DNA of 64,000 nucleotides from Limisphaerales bacterium (GCA_014382585.1 JACNJL010000035.1:3756-67755), one strand, 5' to 3'. Positions 46,167-56,604 are shown, counted from the first letter of the stretch. Made by a program: numbers and translations. Notes: generated by a model from the sequence alone, not told the origin.

Positions 46167-47902
46167 TAGTCCGCCTTGTTGAACGACGCAATGGCCTCAT
46201 CGGTCAAGCCCCATTCGCGCAGCGGCTCGGGGCCGGGAAGAATTTTGCCGGGGTTCATCACGGCTTTGGGGTCGAGGCCGTCCTTGAGCGCGCGCACGGC
46301 TTTGACGCCGGTGGGCGAAAGATCGGCCTCAATCCACGGGAGATGCTCCGTGCCGATGGCGTGATGATGGCTGACGGTGCCGCCGTTTTGGAGGAAGGAA
46401 TCTTCGGCGGCTTTTTTGATATAAAGATATTGATCCATCTCGCGGCCTTCGATTTGGCGGCAACCGAAGGTGAAGTAGAGGCTCGCGCCGGTGTGATAGT
46501 TGTGGCTGATGTGGCAGCCTACCCACGGATCCACGCCGGTATCGCGAATGGCTTTGCGAATGTTGGCAAGGGTTTTGGTATAAAGATTGTGAAGATTGTC
46601 CCAGGTGGTGGAGGTTTCGCTGACGTCGCCCATCACGCCGCGGTCCATCAAATAATCGCGCACATGCGGGAAATCATACTTCGCTTCCTTGAAGGAATTG
46701 CCCGGACCTTCGCCGAGGTTCACGCCGCCGTGCTTTCGGAAAACCCGATTGGATTCCCGGCGCTGCAAATGGAACGTATCGTAATCACCTTCGTACGCGG
46801 TGGTCATCATACAGCATTTCGTGAAGTCAATGCCTTTGATGTTTCGTAAATACCATTTCATCATCGCGCCAATTTTTTGTTTCACCGGCGACTCCACTTT
46901 TTTGAAAGCCGCACTCAGGGCCGTCTTGCCCGGATCGTTGAGGCGCGTGATGACCGGCATCGCGCCGTGCCGCATGCATTCGTGAATGGCGTGAATGCCG
47001 CTCTCGAAATCCGGGAACAACCAACCTTCAAACAATTTATATTCCGGCAAGCGATGCACTTGCATCGTCACCTCGGTGATGACGCCGAGGATGCCTTCGC
47101 TACCCACGCACAAACTCCGCACGTCAATGCCGTTGGAAGTATTGGGAACCGTGCGCGTGACGATCGTGCCGCTGGGCGTGACCATTCGCACCGCGATGAC
47201 CATATCCTCGATCTTGCCGTACTTGTCGCTTTGCATTCCCGCCGAACGCGTGGCCACCCAACCGCCGAGCGTGGAGTGCACAAACGAATCCGGAAAATGC
47301 CCAAGCGTAACGCCTTCCGCCTCAAGCTGTTCCTCCATATGCGGCCCGTAAACGCCGGCCTCGATGCGGGCGAGTAGCGATTTTTTATCCACCGCCAACA
47401 CGCGATGCATCCGGCACATATCGAGACTCACAATGAATCGCCCATCGCGGTCCTTCGGCTCAATGCAACCGGCGATGTTTGTGCCGCCGCCAAACGGAAT
47501 GAGCACGGCGTTGTGTTCGTGCGCGGCTTTGACGATGGCCACCACGTCGTCTTCGCTTGCCGGATAGATAACAAGGTCGGGCGCGAAATCCACTTGCCCG
47601 CGCCGCAGGCGAAACAAATCGCGAAAGGCTTTTCCAGCGGCGTGGATGAGGCGGTCTTTTTTGTCGACAGAAACTTGATCGCCCGCCAGCGCGTCACGCA
47701 GCGCGGCAACAAAGGGAGCGTTCTCTTTGGCGGCGGGCAAATGCACGTCATCAAACTTCACCGGTGGGGTGGGCTCGACTTGTTCCAGCCCCAACTCGCC
47801 GCTGAGGTAGGGCCACAGCTTCGGCTTGTCAGCATCGCTGAAGCGCACATCCTCATAGCCCCATCCCCACCATTTCATGTGGCGAATTTTCGGGTCAGCC
47901 AT
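46166..47902 (-). CDS. FAD-linked oxidase of the alkyl-dihydroxyacetonephosphate synthase (AGPS) type
   Basis: N-terminus MKWWGWGYEDVRF, the hallmark of alkyl-DHAP synthases. PCMH-type FAD-binding domain (…GGGTNIAG…). 578 aa. Confidence 0.7.
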   Translation of the reverse strand: MADPKIRHMKWWGWGYEDVRFSDADKPKLWPYLSGELGLEQVEPTPPVKFDDVHLPAAKENAPFVAALRDALAGDQVSVDKKDRLIHAAGKAFRDLFRLRRGQVDFAPDLVIYPASEDDVVAIVKAAHEHNAVLIPFGGGTNIAGCIEPKDRDGRFIVSLDMCRMHRVLAVDKKSLLARIEAGVYGPHMEEQLEAEGVTLGHFPDSFVHSTLGGWVATRSAGMQSDKYGKIEDMVIAVRMVTPSGTIVTRTVPNTSNGIDVRSLCVGSEGILGVITEVTMQVHRLPEYKLFEGWLFPDFESGIHAIHECMRHGAMPVITRLNDPGKTALSAAFKKVESPVKQKIGAMMKWYLRNIKGIDFTKCCMMTTAYEGDYDTFHLQRRESNRVFRKHGGVNLGEGPGNSFKEAKYDFPHVRDYLMDRGVMGDVSETSTTWDNLHNLYTKTLANIRKAIRDTGVDPWVGCHISHNYHTGASLYFTFGCRQIEGREMDQYLYIKKAAEDSFLQNGGTVSHHHAIGTEHLPWIEADLSPTGVKAVRALKDGLDPKAVMNPGKILPGPEPLREWGLTDEAIASFNKAD

Positions 47903-48623
47903 GGAGTTCCTTCAGTTTGTGAATGCGGTTTTCCATCTCGCGAGTGATCGCGCTGTAAATCATGCGACCACCGCCATGTTCTTCGCGAAAACGGTTGGGG
48001 TCAATCGCTTCCCCTATGTAAACCCGCAGGCGCGTGGGTTTGAAAAACTTGCCGCCTTTCGGGTACGCGCGGTGCGTGCCGTTAATATAAACCGGCACAA
48101 TCGGCAGGCTTAATTCGGTGGCGATCATCGCCGGCCCTTTTTTCATCGGCGCCATCTCGCCGGTTTGCGAGCGCGTGCCTTCGGGATAAATGATGAGGCT
48201 GCGGTGTCCGTGACCGGTGAATTCTCGGCAGGCGACCATCAGCTTCACGATGCTCTCGCGGTTCGCGCCACGATCGGCAGGGATAAGATTCATCAGACGC
48301 GAGAGAAAGCTGTTGCGTTTTTGGTTGTCGAAAAAATAATCTTTCGCCGCCACCATTCCGTATTGCTCGAAATCCTCGCCACCGGCGTACATCAACGCGG
48401 CGCTGTCCATATGGCTGCAGTGGTTGCTGCAAAACATAAAGGGCGCGGACGGGAGATTTTCGCGCCCCACCACTTTCAGCGGACACCACACATTAAAAAG
48501 CACGCGACAAAACAGCTCGAAACACTTGTGCCACATCGCCGCCGTGCCGTGCGGGGATTTGCGCAAATAGCCGTACTCCGGCTCGAGTTCCGTCTCTTTC
48601 AGCAATTCCTGAAAGCTCGACAC
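47895..48623 (-). CDS. PlsC/GNPAT-like acyltransferase; candidate DHAP acyltransferase
   Basis: CSNHCSHMDSAAL (H-x4-D) and IYPEGTRS motifs. Overlaps AGPS by 8 nt. Confidence 0.65.
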   Translation of the reverse strand: MSSFQELLKETELEPEYGYLRKSPHGTAAMWHKCFELFCRVLFNVWCPLKVVGRENLPSAPFMFCSNHCSHMDSAALMYAGGEDFEQYGMVAAKDYFFDNQKRNSFLSRLMNLIPADRGANRESIVKLMVACREFTGHGHRSLIIYPEGTRSQTGEMAPMKKGPAMIATELSLPIVPVYINGTHRAYPKGGKFFKPTRLRVYIGEAIDPNRFREEHGGGRMIYSAITREMENRIHKLKELHG

Positions 48624-48626
48624 GTC

Positions 48627-49778
48627 TTACCTTCCGAATTTCGCGTGGGCCTCGGCAAACTCGTTGCTCACAATGGCCCCCGCCAGTGAAATCTCCAACG
48701 CCAACGCCGAAGCACAAATGATCTCCGCCAGTTTGCACGAAGAATGTTCACCACCGGCGCAGCCCAATAATTCCAAATTCGCCCGTTGCGCGTGCAAGCG
48801 CGTGGCGCCACCCACCGTGCCCACCGTCACGCTCGGCATACTCAGCGTGGCGTACAAATCGTCGCCGCGTTTTTCGTACGTCGCAATACCGATGGCGTTC
48901 TCCGCCACGCACGCCACGTCCTGCCCCAGCGCGAGGTAGAGCGCGGCCAGCGCGTTGGCGGTGTGGAGATTCATCCCCAACATCCCGGCCATTTGCGAGC
49001 CGAGATGTTTGTCGGTAAGCGCCTCGATGAGTTGATCAGCCGTGACGCGCAGCAGCTTTTTCAGGATGCGATTGGGAATCTGAAAACTGGCGATGACGTG
49101 ATGGCCTCGCCCTTTGGTAAGGCTGCGGTGCGCGGGATTTTTGTCCGCGTTATAATTGCTTTCCAACAAATATCGAAACGGCGTTTCGCCGGAAAGATGT
49201 TCGACAATGTAACGGCACGCGGCATCGGTGCTCAACGTCACCATATTTTGTCCGGCCGCCTCGGCGGTATGATAAATGAAATCGAGGATGACGCGGTTGT
49301 GGATGATTTGTTTATCAATCCGCAATAGTTTGCCGTAGCGCGTGGTGTTTTCGGCGGCATTTTTGATATCATCGTAGCGGGCGTCGATGATGTTGAGAAA
49401 AGCCAGCGCCTCTTCGATTTCATCAAACCGAAACACCGGCGCGCGCGAAAGTTCCTGCTTCACGTGGCGCGTCTTGATGCCGCCCGCGCGATGGGTGAGA
49501 TAAAGTCCGCGCGTCATCGAAAGGCTCAGCGTGCCTTCCACCGTGCACAGCGGCACATAAAAATCACCGTGCGCATAAGTGCCATCGATTTTCAGCGGCC
49601 CGGAAATGCTCAACGGCAGCCCCACAAAGCCCACGTGATTTTCGATGAGCCCCTTGAGATTTTCTGGCTCATCCAGCGCGAACTCCGGCACCGTGTGCCC
49701 CGTCTGCTCCTGCAACCATTGCTGGCGTGCCTCAGTGTCCGCTTGGGCGTACCCGCGCGGTGGTGTCAGTTTGTTCAT
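48627..49778 (-). CDS. HMG-CoA-reductase-family NAD(P)H oxidoreductase (short, 383 aa)
   Basis: ENHVGFVGLPLSISGPLKIDG (compare ENVIG…P…GPL), VPLCTVEGTLSLSMTRG (compare PMATTEGCLVAS), MAGMLGMNLH (compare DAMGMNM), VGTVGGAT (compare GTVGG). Confidence 0.6.
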   Translation of the reverse strand: MNKLTPPRGYAQADTEARQQWLQEQTGHTVPEFALDEPENLKGLIENHVGFVGLPLSISGPLKIDGTYAHGDFYVPLCTVEGTLSLSMTRGLYLTHRAGGIKTRHVKQELSRAPVFRFDEIEEALAFLNIIDARYDDIKNAAENTTRYGKLLRIDKQIIHNRVILDFIYHTAEAAGQNMVTLSTDAACRYIVEHLSGETPFRYLLESNYNADKNPAHRSLTKGRGHHVIASFQIPNRILKKLLRVTADQLIEALTDKHLGSQMAGMLGMNLHTANALAALYLALGQDVACVAENAIGIATYEKRGDDLYATLSMPSVTVGTVGGATRLHAQRANLELLGCAGGEHSSCKLAEIICASALALEISLAGAIVSNEFAEAHAKFGR

Positions 49779-49878
49779 TATATTTGGCCAAAAAACCGCT
49801 CGAAAAAGCGGGTCCGCAGCGTTGGGTCGCTCATCGCGGATGCGGGCAATCTAGCGGCAAACCCCAGTCAGTCCAGCT

Positions 49879-52299
49879 TTACTTGCCCAAATTGCGCGCC
49901 CCGCCTCCAAGCCACGCCGGTAACAACCCCAGCGCCGCCCCCAACGCCCCTGCCAAACCCGCCGCCAACAACAACCCAAAATGCACCACCGGCGGAAATT
50001 CCGACACCCAAAACACCCCCGCCATTCCCACCAAAATCGCCGTGGTCGCCACGATAGGCCGCCCCTTCACCGCCAACGTCCGCCGCGCTGCTTCCTTTGC
50101 ATCCGCGCCCGCCGCCCGTTCGCCGAGCCAATGCGTGATAAAATGAATCGTGTCGTCCACCGCAATCCCCAACGCGATGGCCGCCACCATAATGGTAATC
50201 GAATTAAGCGGCACCCCCGCAAACCCCTGCAACGCGATAAGCATCCCCACCGGCAAAACATTCACCGCCAACGCCAACACCGCCAAGCCCAGCGACCGCC
50301 ACAACACCGCCAACAAAATCGCGATCAACCCAATACTCCACAGCACACTCCGCCGTTGACTGCGCACGATGCGGCGATCCGCCTCGAGGATCGCGCGCAC
50401 CCCGCTCTCAATGGACACCGTGACGCCGGGCGGCGCATTCTTCCGCGCGTGCGTTTCCATTCGATGCAGCAAATCCAAATACGCCGCGCTGCTCATATCG
50501 CGCGTGCGCAACAAAAGCTGTGCCGTTTGCCCGCGTCCGTCGCTCAGCATTTCCATAAACGGCGTGTGCGTTTCGCCACCACGTTCTTTATTTAGCACCG
50601 CCACGAACATGGGGATTTTCCAAAACTCCTTTGGCAACACCCGCGTGCCTTCCGCGCCGCCTTCCCACACTTCGTTGATCGTCGCCAACAATTGCGCGTA
50701 CGAATAAACCGCTGTCACCTCCTCCTGGGCGGTGGCGTGTTGATGCACCGTATCGAGGTAATTCAAAAAAATGGGATGATTGATGCCATTGGTCATCCCC
50801 GAATCCACCGCCATTTGCACCACGTTGATGCCGCCGTACGCCGCGTCCAATTCTTCAATCATCAAACGCGTGGGACTCTTTTTGCCCAAAAACTCCGAAG
50901 CCCGAATATCTGTGCGCACTTTGGAAATCCCCAGCACCATTACCCCCACCGCCACCAAAGCCGCCACTGCAACTCTACGCCGATGCCTCAACAAAAACTC
51001 CACCCACGAGGCGCCCTGCCCTGTTTCCACCGTTGCCTCCGCGACCTCCGGCGCTGTTGATTTTACATTCCGGAACAACACCAACAACAAGCCCAAGGCC
51101 GGCCCGAACGTCACCAAAAACAACATTGCAATCCCCGCTGCGCCGAGTTGGCCGAACTCGCGGATCTGCTGGACATCGCTCGCCATCAACGCCGCCAGCC
51201 CTACCATTGTGGTCAACGCCGCATACGCGCTCGCGCGAAACACTTCACCCAACATTGCGTGAATCGCGTCCACGGCATTGAACTCGCGCCCCCACGCCCG
51301 TTGAAATGCCGTCGCCATGTGAATCAATAGCGTCAGATGCACCCCCGTCAACAAAGGCAGTAGCAACACCGTAAAAATGTTGAGATACAAACCCGTCACT
51401 TCCATCAAGAACGGAATCAGCATGAGCCCCATCGCCTGGCTCCCCAGCACGAAAACCATCAAGCGCGGCAGCCGCCAAAATGTCACCGCCAACACCCCCA
51501 CCAACAACGCCAACGCCAGTGGCATAAAACGCCAAGCGTCCTGCACCAACGTGGTATAAATTTCGTGCTCAATCAGCGGCAACGCAATCGCCCGCGCCGA
51601 GTGCCCCTCATCGCGGAAAGGCTGCAACACCGCTTCCACTTGATGATGAAATAAAAGCTGCTCCTCAGTGGTGAACGCCGGATCCGTGAGGTTGATGATC
51701 AGCATCGTGTGCCGGCCATCTGCCGCCACCAAAATATTGCGCGCAAAAGGATGTTCCTGCGACCAACGCCGCAGCTCGCGCAATCCATGTTCATCCAACC
51801 GCTCCGGCACCAAAGGCAACCACTTCAGGCCCAACCCGTCCCGCACCGGCCGTTCCACCGTGACGAGGCTGTTCACATTGGTGCGCACGACCTCGTGAAA
51901 GAGACCCTCGCGAAAAACTCGATTCGTCACCGTCACCCCCGGCAACGTCCCCAGTGCCGCCGTCACCCGCCGGATCAACGCCACCCCCTCCGCCGAGTAC
52001 ACCTCGCCGCAGTCGAGACTCACCGCGAGTGGCTCTGCATCGCCAAGAACCCCCTGCGCGCCCTCGTAACTTTCCAAGTTCCGCTGATCCCCCGCCAGTA
52101 GATCGCCCACCTCGGTCGACACCTCTATTTCGTCGACACACAAGACGCTTGGCAGACTCACCAACAGCCCCAACACCAGCAACAACACCGCTGGCTCCAA
52201 ATTAAACTGTCGTTTCCCGTCCGCCAAAGCCCCGCTTGTACAAGCGACCGCCCCGGATGTCCGCCAAAAAAAACGGGTATGGTGGCATTCCTTCTCCAA
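49879..52299 (-). CDS. MMPL/RND-superfamily transporter (HpnN-like lipid exporter architecture)
   Basis: Two 6-TM bundles, each followed by a large periplasmic loop. 806 aa. Duplicated GxxxD-containing TM regions typical of MMPL/RND. Confidence 0.65.
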   Translation of the reverse strand: MEKECHHTRFFWRTSGAVACTSGALADGKRQFNLEPAVLLLVLGLLVSLPSVLCVDEIEVSTEVGDLLAGDQRNLESYEGAQGVLGDAEPLAVSLDCGEVYSAEGVALIRRVTAALGTLPGVTVTNRVFREGLFHEVVRTNVNSLVTVERPVRDGLGLKWLPLVPERLDEHGLRELRRWSQEHPFARNILVAADGRHTMLIINLTDPAFTTEEQLLFHHQVEAVLQPFRDEGHSARAIALPLIEHEIYTTLVQDAWRFMPLALALLVGVLAVTFWRLPRLMVFVLGSQAMGLMLIPFLMEVTGLYLNIFTVLLLPLLTGVHLTLLIHMATAFQRAWGREFNAVDAIHAMLGEVFRASAYAALTTMVGLAALMASDVQQIREFGQLGAAGIAMLFLVTFGPALGLLLVLFRNVKSTAPEVAEATVETGQGASWVEFLLRHRRRVAVAALVAVGVMVLGISKVRTDIRASEFLGKKSPTRLMIEELDAAYGGINVVQMAVDSGMTNGINHPIFLNYLDTVHQHATAQEEVTAVYSYAQLLATINEVWEGGAEGTRVLPKEFWKIPMFVAVLNKERGGETHTPFMEMLSDGRGQTAQLLLRTRDMSSAAYLDLLHRMETHARKNAPPGVTVSIESGVRAILEADRRIVRSQRRSVLWSIGLIAILLAVLWRSLGLAVLALAVNVLPVGMLIALQGFAGVPLNSITIMVAAIALGIAVDDTIHFITHWLGERAAGADAKEAARRTLAVKGRPIVATTAILVGMAGVFWVSEFPPVVHFGLLLAAGLAGALGAALGLLPAWLGGGARNLGK

Positions 52300-52425
52300 C
52301 TCCCCCCAACACCGCCAACAGCAGCCACCGGTTCCGCAGATGGGCGCAGGAAAAACCAGAGAAAAAACCTGCGCAATCTGCGATTAAAAATTAGACCCTC
52401 ACCCGTTCCGTAGCTACACTTCCGC

Positions 52426-53796
52426 ATGCTTTCCCGTCGCAACTGGCTTCTTGCCTCGGCAACCGCCCTGCCGTTCCTGGGCTGCACGCAACTGCGCTCA
52501 CCCGCCGCCCGTCCGGGCCGTGATGAGCCTGGGCTGCGCATCAAGCACATCCGTCGCACTACCGTTCATTTGCCATACCGCGCCGTGCCTGCGCGCAGTA
52601 TGGCGCGCGAACTGCCGCATTGGGTGTACGCCGAAATTTGCGAGGTGGAGCTGGCCAATGGCGTCATCGGGTTTGGCGAGACGATGCTTTACTATACGTG
52701 GGGCGTCACTTCGGATGCGGATGTGAAATTCGCGCGCGGCAAAAATGCCGCCGACATGATGTGGCGCGATGAGCTTGGCGCGGGTTTGCAAATGGCGTGC
52801 TTCGATGCCGTGGGACGCTCGCTTGATGTGCCGGTACACGCGCTGCTCGGTAAACAGGTTCACACGCAAACCCCCGTGGCGTGGTGGAACATCGACCTCC
52901 CGCCCGAGGATGTAGCCAGCGAAGCGAAGACGGCCGCCGCCGCAGGCTACAAAGCGTTCAAGACGAAGGGCCGGCCGTGGTTTGATATTTGGGAACAAGC
53001 CAAACAAGGCAACGCCGCCGCACCCGATGGGTTTTCGATTACGTTTGATTACAACGACACCTTGCTTGACGCGAAGCGCGGCATTCCAATCCTCAAAGAC
53101 GTTGAACAATATCCCATCACCAAAATGGTCGAGACCCCCATTCCGCAGGGCGACATCCCCGGCAACCAAGAAATCCGCCGCGAAACCAAAGCCGCCGTGG
53201 CGATGCATTACGGCAACCCCGCGCCCGCCACTGCCATCCGCGAACGCGTGTGCGACGGCTTCGTGGTAGGCGGCGGAGCCACCAAAGTGATGAACGCCGG
53301 TCACGTGGCCGCGATGGCCGATTTGCCTTTTTGGTTACAGCTTGTCGGCAGCACGATCACCGGCGCGTGGGCGCTGCATTTCGGCGCCGTGCTCAGCCAC
53401 GCCACTTGGCCGGCGGTGACGTGTTTCCAACTCTACGCCGACTCGCCCCTGCAACAACCGCTCACGGTGAAAGACGGCTTCTCCAAAATCCCCAACGGCC
53501 CAGGCCTCGGCGTGGATCTCGATTGGAACGTCATCAAAAAATTAACCGTCCCCAAGCCTCCCGCACGCCCCGAACCCGAACGCCTCCTTGAAACCCGCTG
53601 GCCCGGCGGCCGCATAATGTACGTCGGCAGCAATGGCTCCGTGAATTATATGCTCCGAAAATTTATGCGCCCCGGCAACCTCCCCTACTTCGAGCCCGGC
53701 GCCACCACCCGCCTCCTGCCCGACGACGGCTCCAAAGATTGGCGCACCCTCTACACCCGCGCCCGCAAAAATCCGGTCATCATTAACCGATCATGA
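52426..53796 (+). CDS. Enolase-superfamily (mandelate racemase/muconate lactonizing enzyme-like) protein with a Tat/secretory leader
   Basis: RRNWLLASATALPFLG leader. MR/MLE N-terminal capping region …YAEICEVELANGVIGFGET…. KxK and D/E metal-ligand spacing in the barrel. Confidence 0.5.
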   Translation: MLSRRNWLLASATALPFLGCTQLRSPAARPGRDEPGLRIKHIRRTTVHLPYRAVPARSMARELPHWVYAEICEVELANGVIGFGETMLYYTWGVTSDADVKFARGKNAADMMWRDELGAGLQMACFDAVGRSLDVPVHALLGKQVHTQTPVAWWNIDLPPEDVASEAKTAAAAGYKAFKTKGRPWFDIWEQAKQGNAAAPDGFSITFDYNDTLLDAKRGIPILKDVEQYPITKMVETPIPQGDIPGNQEIRRETKAAVAMHYGNPAPATAIRERVCDGFVVGGGATKVMNAGHVAAMADLPFWLQLVGSTITGAWALHFGAVLSHATWPAVTCFQLYADSPLQQPLTVKDGFSKIPNGPGLGVDLDWNVIKKLTVPKPPARPEPERLLETRWPGGRIMYVGSNGSVNYMLRKFMRPGNLPYFEPGATTRLLPDDGSKDWRTLYTRARKNPVIINRS

Positions 53797-53891
53797 AACA
53801 ACTCCTTCCATTCGTAATTGCCCTCAATCTCAATGCGGTATCGCCAACGACCCGAGCAACGTGAAACGCAAATGAAAGCGTGGATCCCCCG

Positions 53892-55700
53892 TCAAGCCGC
53901 CAAGTGAGCGCGGGAGATTTGCTGCGCCTGAGCAATTTGCTCGGGCATCATATAGCGGGCGGTGTGGCGTTTGTTTTTCTCGGCAATCTCAAGGCCGTGC
54001 GATGAGGCACGGTTGAACCACACATACGCCAGCACATAATCCTCCGGCACGCCGCGCCCGCGCAGATAGCAATCGGCCAAAATCAATTGCGCCTCAGGCA
54101 CCTCCTGCTCGGCGGCAAGCTGGCACCACTTGGCCGCCTCGGCCGCGTCCGCCTCCACGCCTTCGCCATGATAATAAAGCGACGCCAACACATGCTGCGC
54201 CATCGCGTGTCCCTGCTTCGCCGCTTGGCGATACCACGTGATGGCCTGCTTCAAATTGGCCTCCGTGCCGCGTCCGAGATGCAGCATCACGGCAAGATTG
54301 TATTGCGCCCGCGCCAAGCCTTGATCGGCGGCTAGTTCGTACCAGCGCAAAGCCGAAGCAAAACTTTGTCCCGTGCCGCGCCCTTGTTCGTAAAATGCGC
54401 CGAGATTGCACTGCGCGCTGGCGATACTTTGTTCGGCAGCGAGTTTGTAAAACTTGAAGGCCTTGGCGTCATCGGCAGGCACACCGCGACCGCGCGCGTG
54501 CATTGCGCCAAGGTTAAACTGCGCCGCCGCGTGGCCGGCATCGGCGGCGAGGGTGTACCAATCGACGGCTTCCGTAAGATTTTCAGAAACACCATCGCCG
54601 CGTTCCAAGCTCACCGCCAACCGAAATTGAGCTTCATTCACGCCGCCTTCGGCGGCTTTGCGCAGCCACTTCACGGCGGCCACTGCATCGCGCGGCAGAG
54701 TGCTGCCGTCATCCAACGCACGCCCGAGCAGCCATTGCGCCTCGGTGTGATCGGCAGCCGCGGCCAATTCGAGCCATTGTGCGGCTTCGGGCGAATGCGC
54801 TGCCAAAAGATTCCGACCGAGATTGAATTGCGCGGGCAAACAATCCTGTTCCGCTGCGCGGCGATACCACTCCACGGCTTCGTCGGCATCCGCTTCCACG
54901 CCGATGCCTTCGGCAAGGCAACGACCCAAATTATTTTGGGCGGCGGCGTGGCCGGCCTCGGCGGCGGCACGATACCAACGCGCGGCTTGGGCGTCATCGT
55001 CGCCTGCCAACAAATCGGCCAAGTGCGCCTGCGCAGCGGCGTGATTTTTCTCGGCGGCTTTGGTGAGCCATTCCTTGGCAACTTCCAAATCTTTTTCCGT
55101 GCCGCGCCCCTGCGCGCAGCGGAGGCCAAGGTTGAATTGCGCGGCGGTGTTGCCCTGCTCGGCGGCTTTACGAAACCAACCGACGGCCTGAGCTTCATCG
55201 GCGTCCACCCCGGTGCCTTCGGAGAAGCACACGCCCAAATTATTTTGTGCCAACGCGAAACCTTGCTCGGCGGCTTTCGTTAGCCACGCCGCGCCTTCCT
55301 CGGGATTGGTGGGCGCGCCGTTGCCGCACACGAGTCGCCAGCCAAGGACGGCTTGGGCGCGGGCGTAGCCGAGTTCGGCGGCTTTACGGTACCACTTCAG
55401 CGCGGCTTTGAGATCCGGCGCGCCGAGGGCATCGCCGGTATACAACAGGGCGAGATTATTCATCGCGGGAGGGAAGTCGCGCCGGGCGGCTTTGCGATAC
55501 CATTTTTCGGCCTCCCTGGCGCACTTCTCATTAGCCTCCCCGCCATCTCCGTTGGCGAGCTTCACGGCGAGCAAAAACTGCGCTTTGAGCACGCCGTCTT
55601 TGGCTTGCGAGCGCAATTCTTTCAGTTCCGCTTTGGCGGTTTTTTCTGCCTGTTTGTCTTCGGCCATCAGTGCAGTTGGTATTTTTCGCCGCGGGAACAA
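53892..55700 (-). CDS. Sel1-repeat (TPR-like) protein, about 14 repeats
   Basis: Recurring …AQ-NLG--Y--G-GV--D---A--W-RKAAEQG-A-AQ… units over 602 aa. Confidence 0.8.
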   Translation of the reverse strand: MFPRRKIPTALMAEDKQAEKTAKAELKELRSQAKDGVLKAQFLLAVKLANGDGGEANEKCAREAEKWYRKAARRDFPPAMNNLALLYTGDALGAPDLKAALKWYRKAAELGYARAQAVLGWRLVCGNGAPTNPEEGAAWLTKAAEQGFALAQNNLGVCFSEGTGVDADEAQAVGWFRKAAEQGNTAAQFNLGLRCAQGRGTEKDLEVAKEWLTKAAEKNHAAAQAHLADLLAGDDDAQAARWYRAAAEAGHAAAQNNLGRCLAEGIGVEADADEAVEWYRRAAEQDCLPAQFNLGRNLLAAHSPEAAQWLELAAAADHTEAQWLLGRALDDGSTLPRDAVAAVKWLRKAAEGGVNEAQFRLAVSLERGDGVSENLTEAVDWYTLAADAGHAAAQFNLGAMHARGRGVPADDAKAFKFYKLAAEQSIASAQCNLGAFYEQGRGTGQSFASALRWYELAADQGLARAQYNLAVMLHLGRGTEANLKQAITWYRQAAKQGHAMAQHVLASLYYHGEGVEADAAEAAKWCQLAAEQEVPEAQLILADCYLRGRGVPEDYVLAYVWFNRASSHGLEIAEKNKRHTARYMMPEQIAQAQQISRAHLAA

Positions 55701-55833
55701 ATGAATTGCACGCGGAAAACGGTCGTTTTTACCCGTTTTTCACGCAAAAATCCAGTCATTCTCCTTGGCAATTGTATTTGTAATAATAGAGCAGCACTTG
55801 TGCCAAAGTTTGTTTTTTTTGGGAAAACCCACA

Positions 55834-55872
55834 AAAAACCCCGCCCCCGCCGAAGCGAGGGAGGGGGGAAAC
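55834..55872 (-). terminator. Rho-independent terminator for the minus-strand operon ending at 55906
   Basis: The minus strand reads CCCCTCCCTCGC-TTCG-GCGGGGGCGGGG followed by TTTTTT. That is a 12-bp GC-rich stem with one mismatch, a tetraloop and a U-tract. Confidence 0.6.
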
Positions 55873-55905
55873 AGGCAGGTTGGGTAACCCGTTATTGTCT
55901 GTTTT

Positions 55906-56604
55906 CTAATTCTTATTGACGGTGCGCTTTTGACGTTTAAGGCGGGCTTCAAATGTTTCCTCTTCGCCGTCGCCATCAACCACTTTGATAATCGCCAAGC
56001 CGGTGGCGGTGGTGATAAATTCGACGGTGGCATCCCCTTCGCCTTCTTCGTCTTTGGACTTCACCGTGGCGATCAGGCCTCGCTTGGTGGCGTTCCATTT
56101 GCCGACATAGATTGGGCCGCCCTTTAAATCTTCGAAGGGGGTGACGGTGAATGCGCCATCGGGTTTCACTTGCAGGGAGAGACGCTCTTCATCGAACCAT
56201 CCAGTGTACACGCCGGCGGGGCCTTTGCCGGCCAGTCGTTTGTTGCGCTTGAATTGGGGCATCCCGAATTCCTCCACTTCGCCATCGGGCGAAATGATTT
56301 TTACCAGAACAAGATCGCCTTTATCCAAATTGAACACCCCCGTGCCTTCGTCGCCGGTGGGGTCTTTGAGCTTGACGGTGAGCGTGTTGCCATCGCGCTT
56401 CCACTTGCCGCGCAGCGTGAACTTGGGTTGCTCGGCATTCGGCCGAACGATAATGGAGCCATCGGCTTTGAGAATCGCGGTGGCTATATCGCCTTCGATT
56501 TCGCCTTTGTAAGTGCCGGCGATGGGCGGTGCTTTTTTATCCGCGCCAAAGACCGTAAGGCCGAGGGCGAGGGTGAAGGTGGCGAACAGATTTACTCTCA
56601 TCAT
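55906..56604 (-). CDS. Hypothetical secreted protein, lipocalin/beta-rich-like
   Basis: Signal peptide MMRVNLFATFTLALGLTVFGA. Lys/Gly/Glu-rich repetitive beta-strand-like sequence. ATG overlaps the upstream gene's TAA. Confidence 0.45.
   Translation of the reverse strand: MMRVNLFATFTLALGLTVFGADKKAPPIAGTYKGEIEGDIATAILKADGSIIVRPNAEQPKFTLRGKWKRDGNTLTVKLKDPTGDEGTGVFNLDKGDLVLVKIISPDGEVEEFGMPQFKRNKRLAGKGPAGVYTGWFDEERLSLQVKPDGAFTVTPFEDLKGGPIYVGKWNATKRGLIATVKSKDEEGEGDATVEFITTATGLAIIKVVDGDGEEETFEARLKRQKRTVNKN

Noticed and set aside
48627-49778. The 383-aa protein as a canonical mevalonate-pathway HMG-CoA reductase
   Set aside because: The motifs are HMGR-family, but the protein is short. It is embedded in an ether-lipid operon, and no other mevalonate-pathway genes are nearby. 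I report it as family-level only and flag the alternative acyl-CoA-reductase hypothesis rather than naming it hmgA or mvaA.
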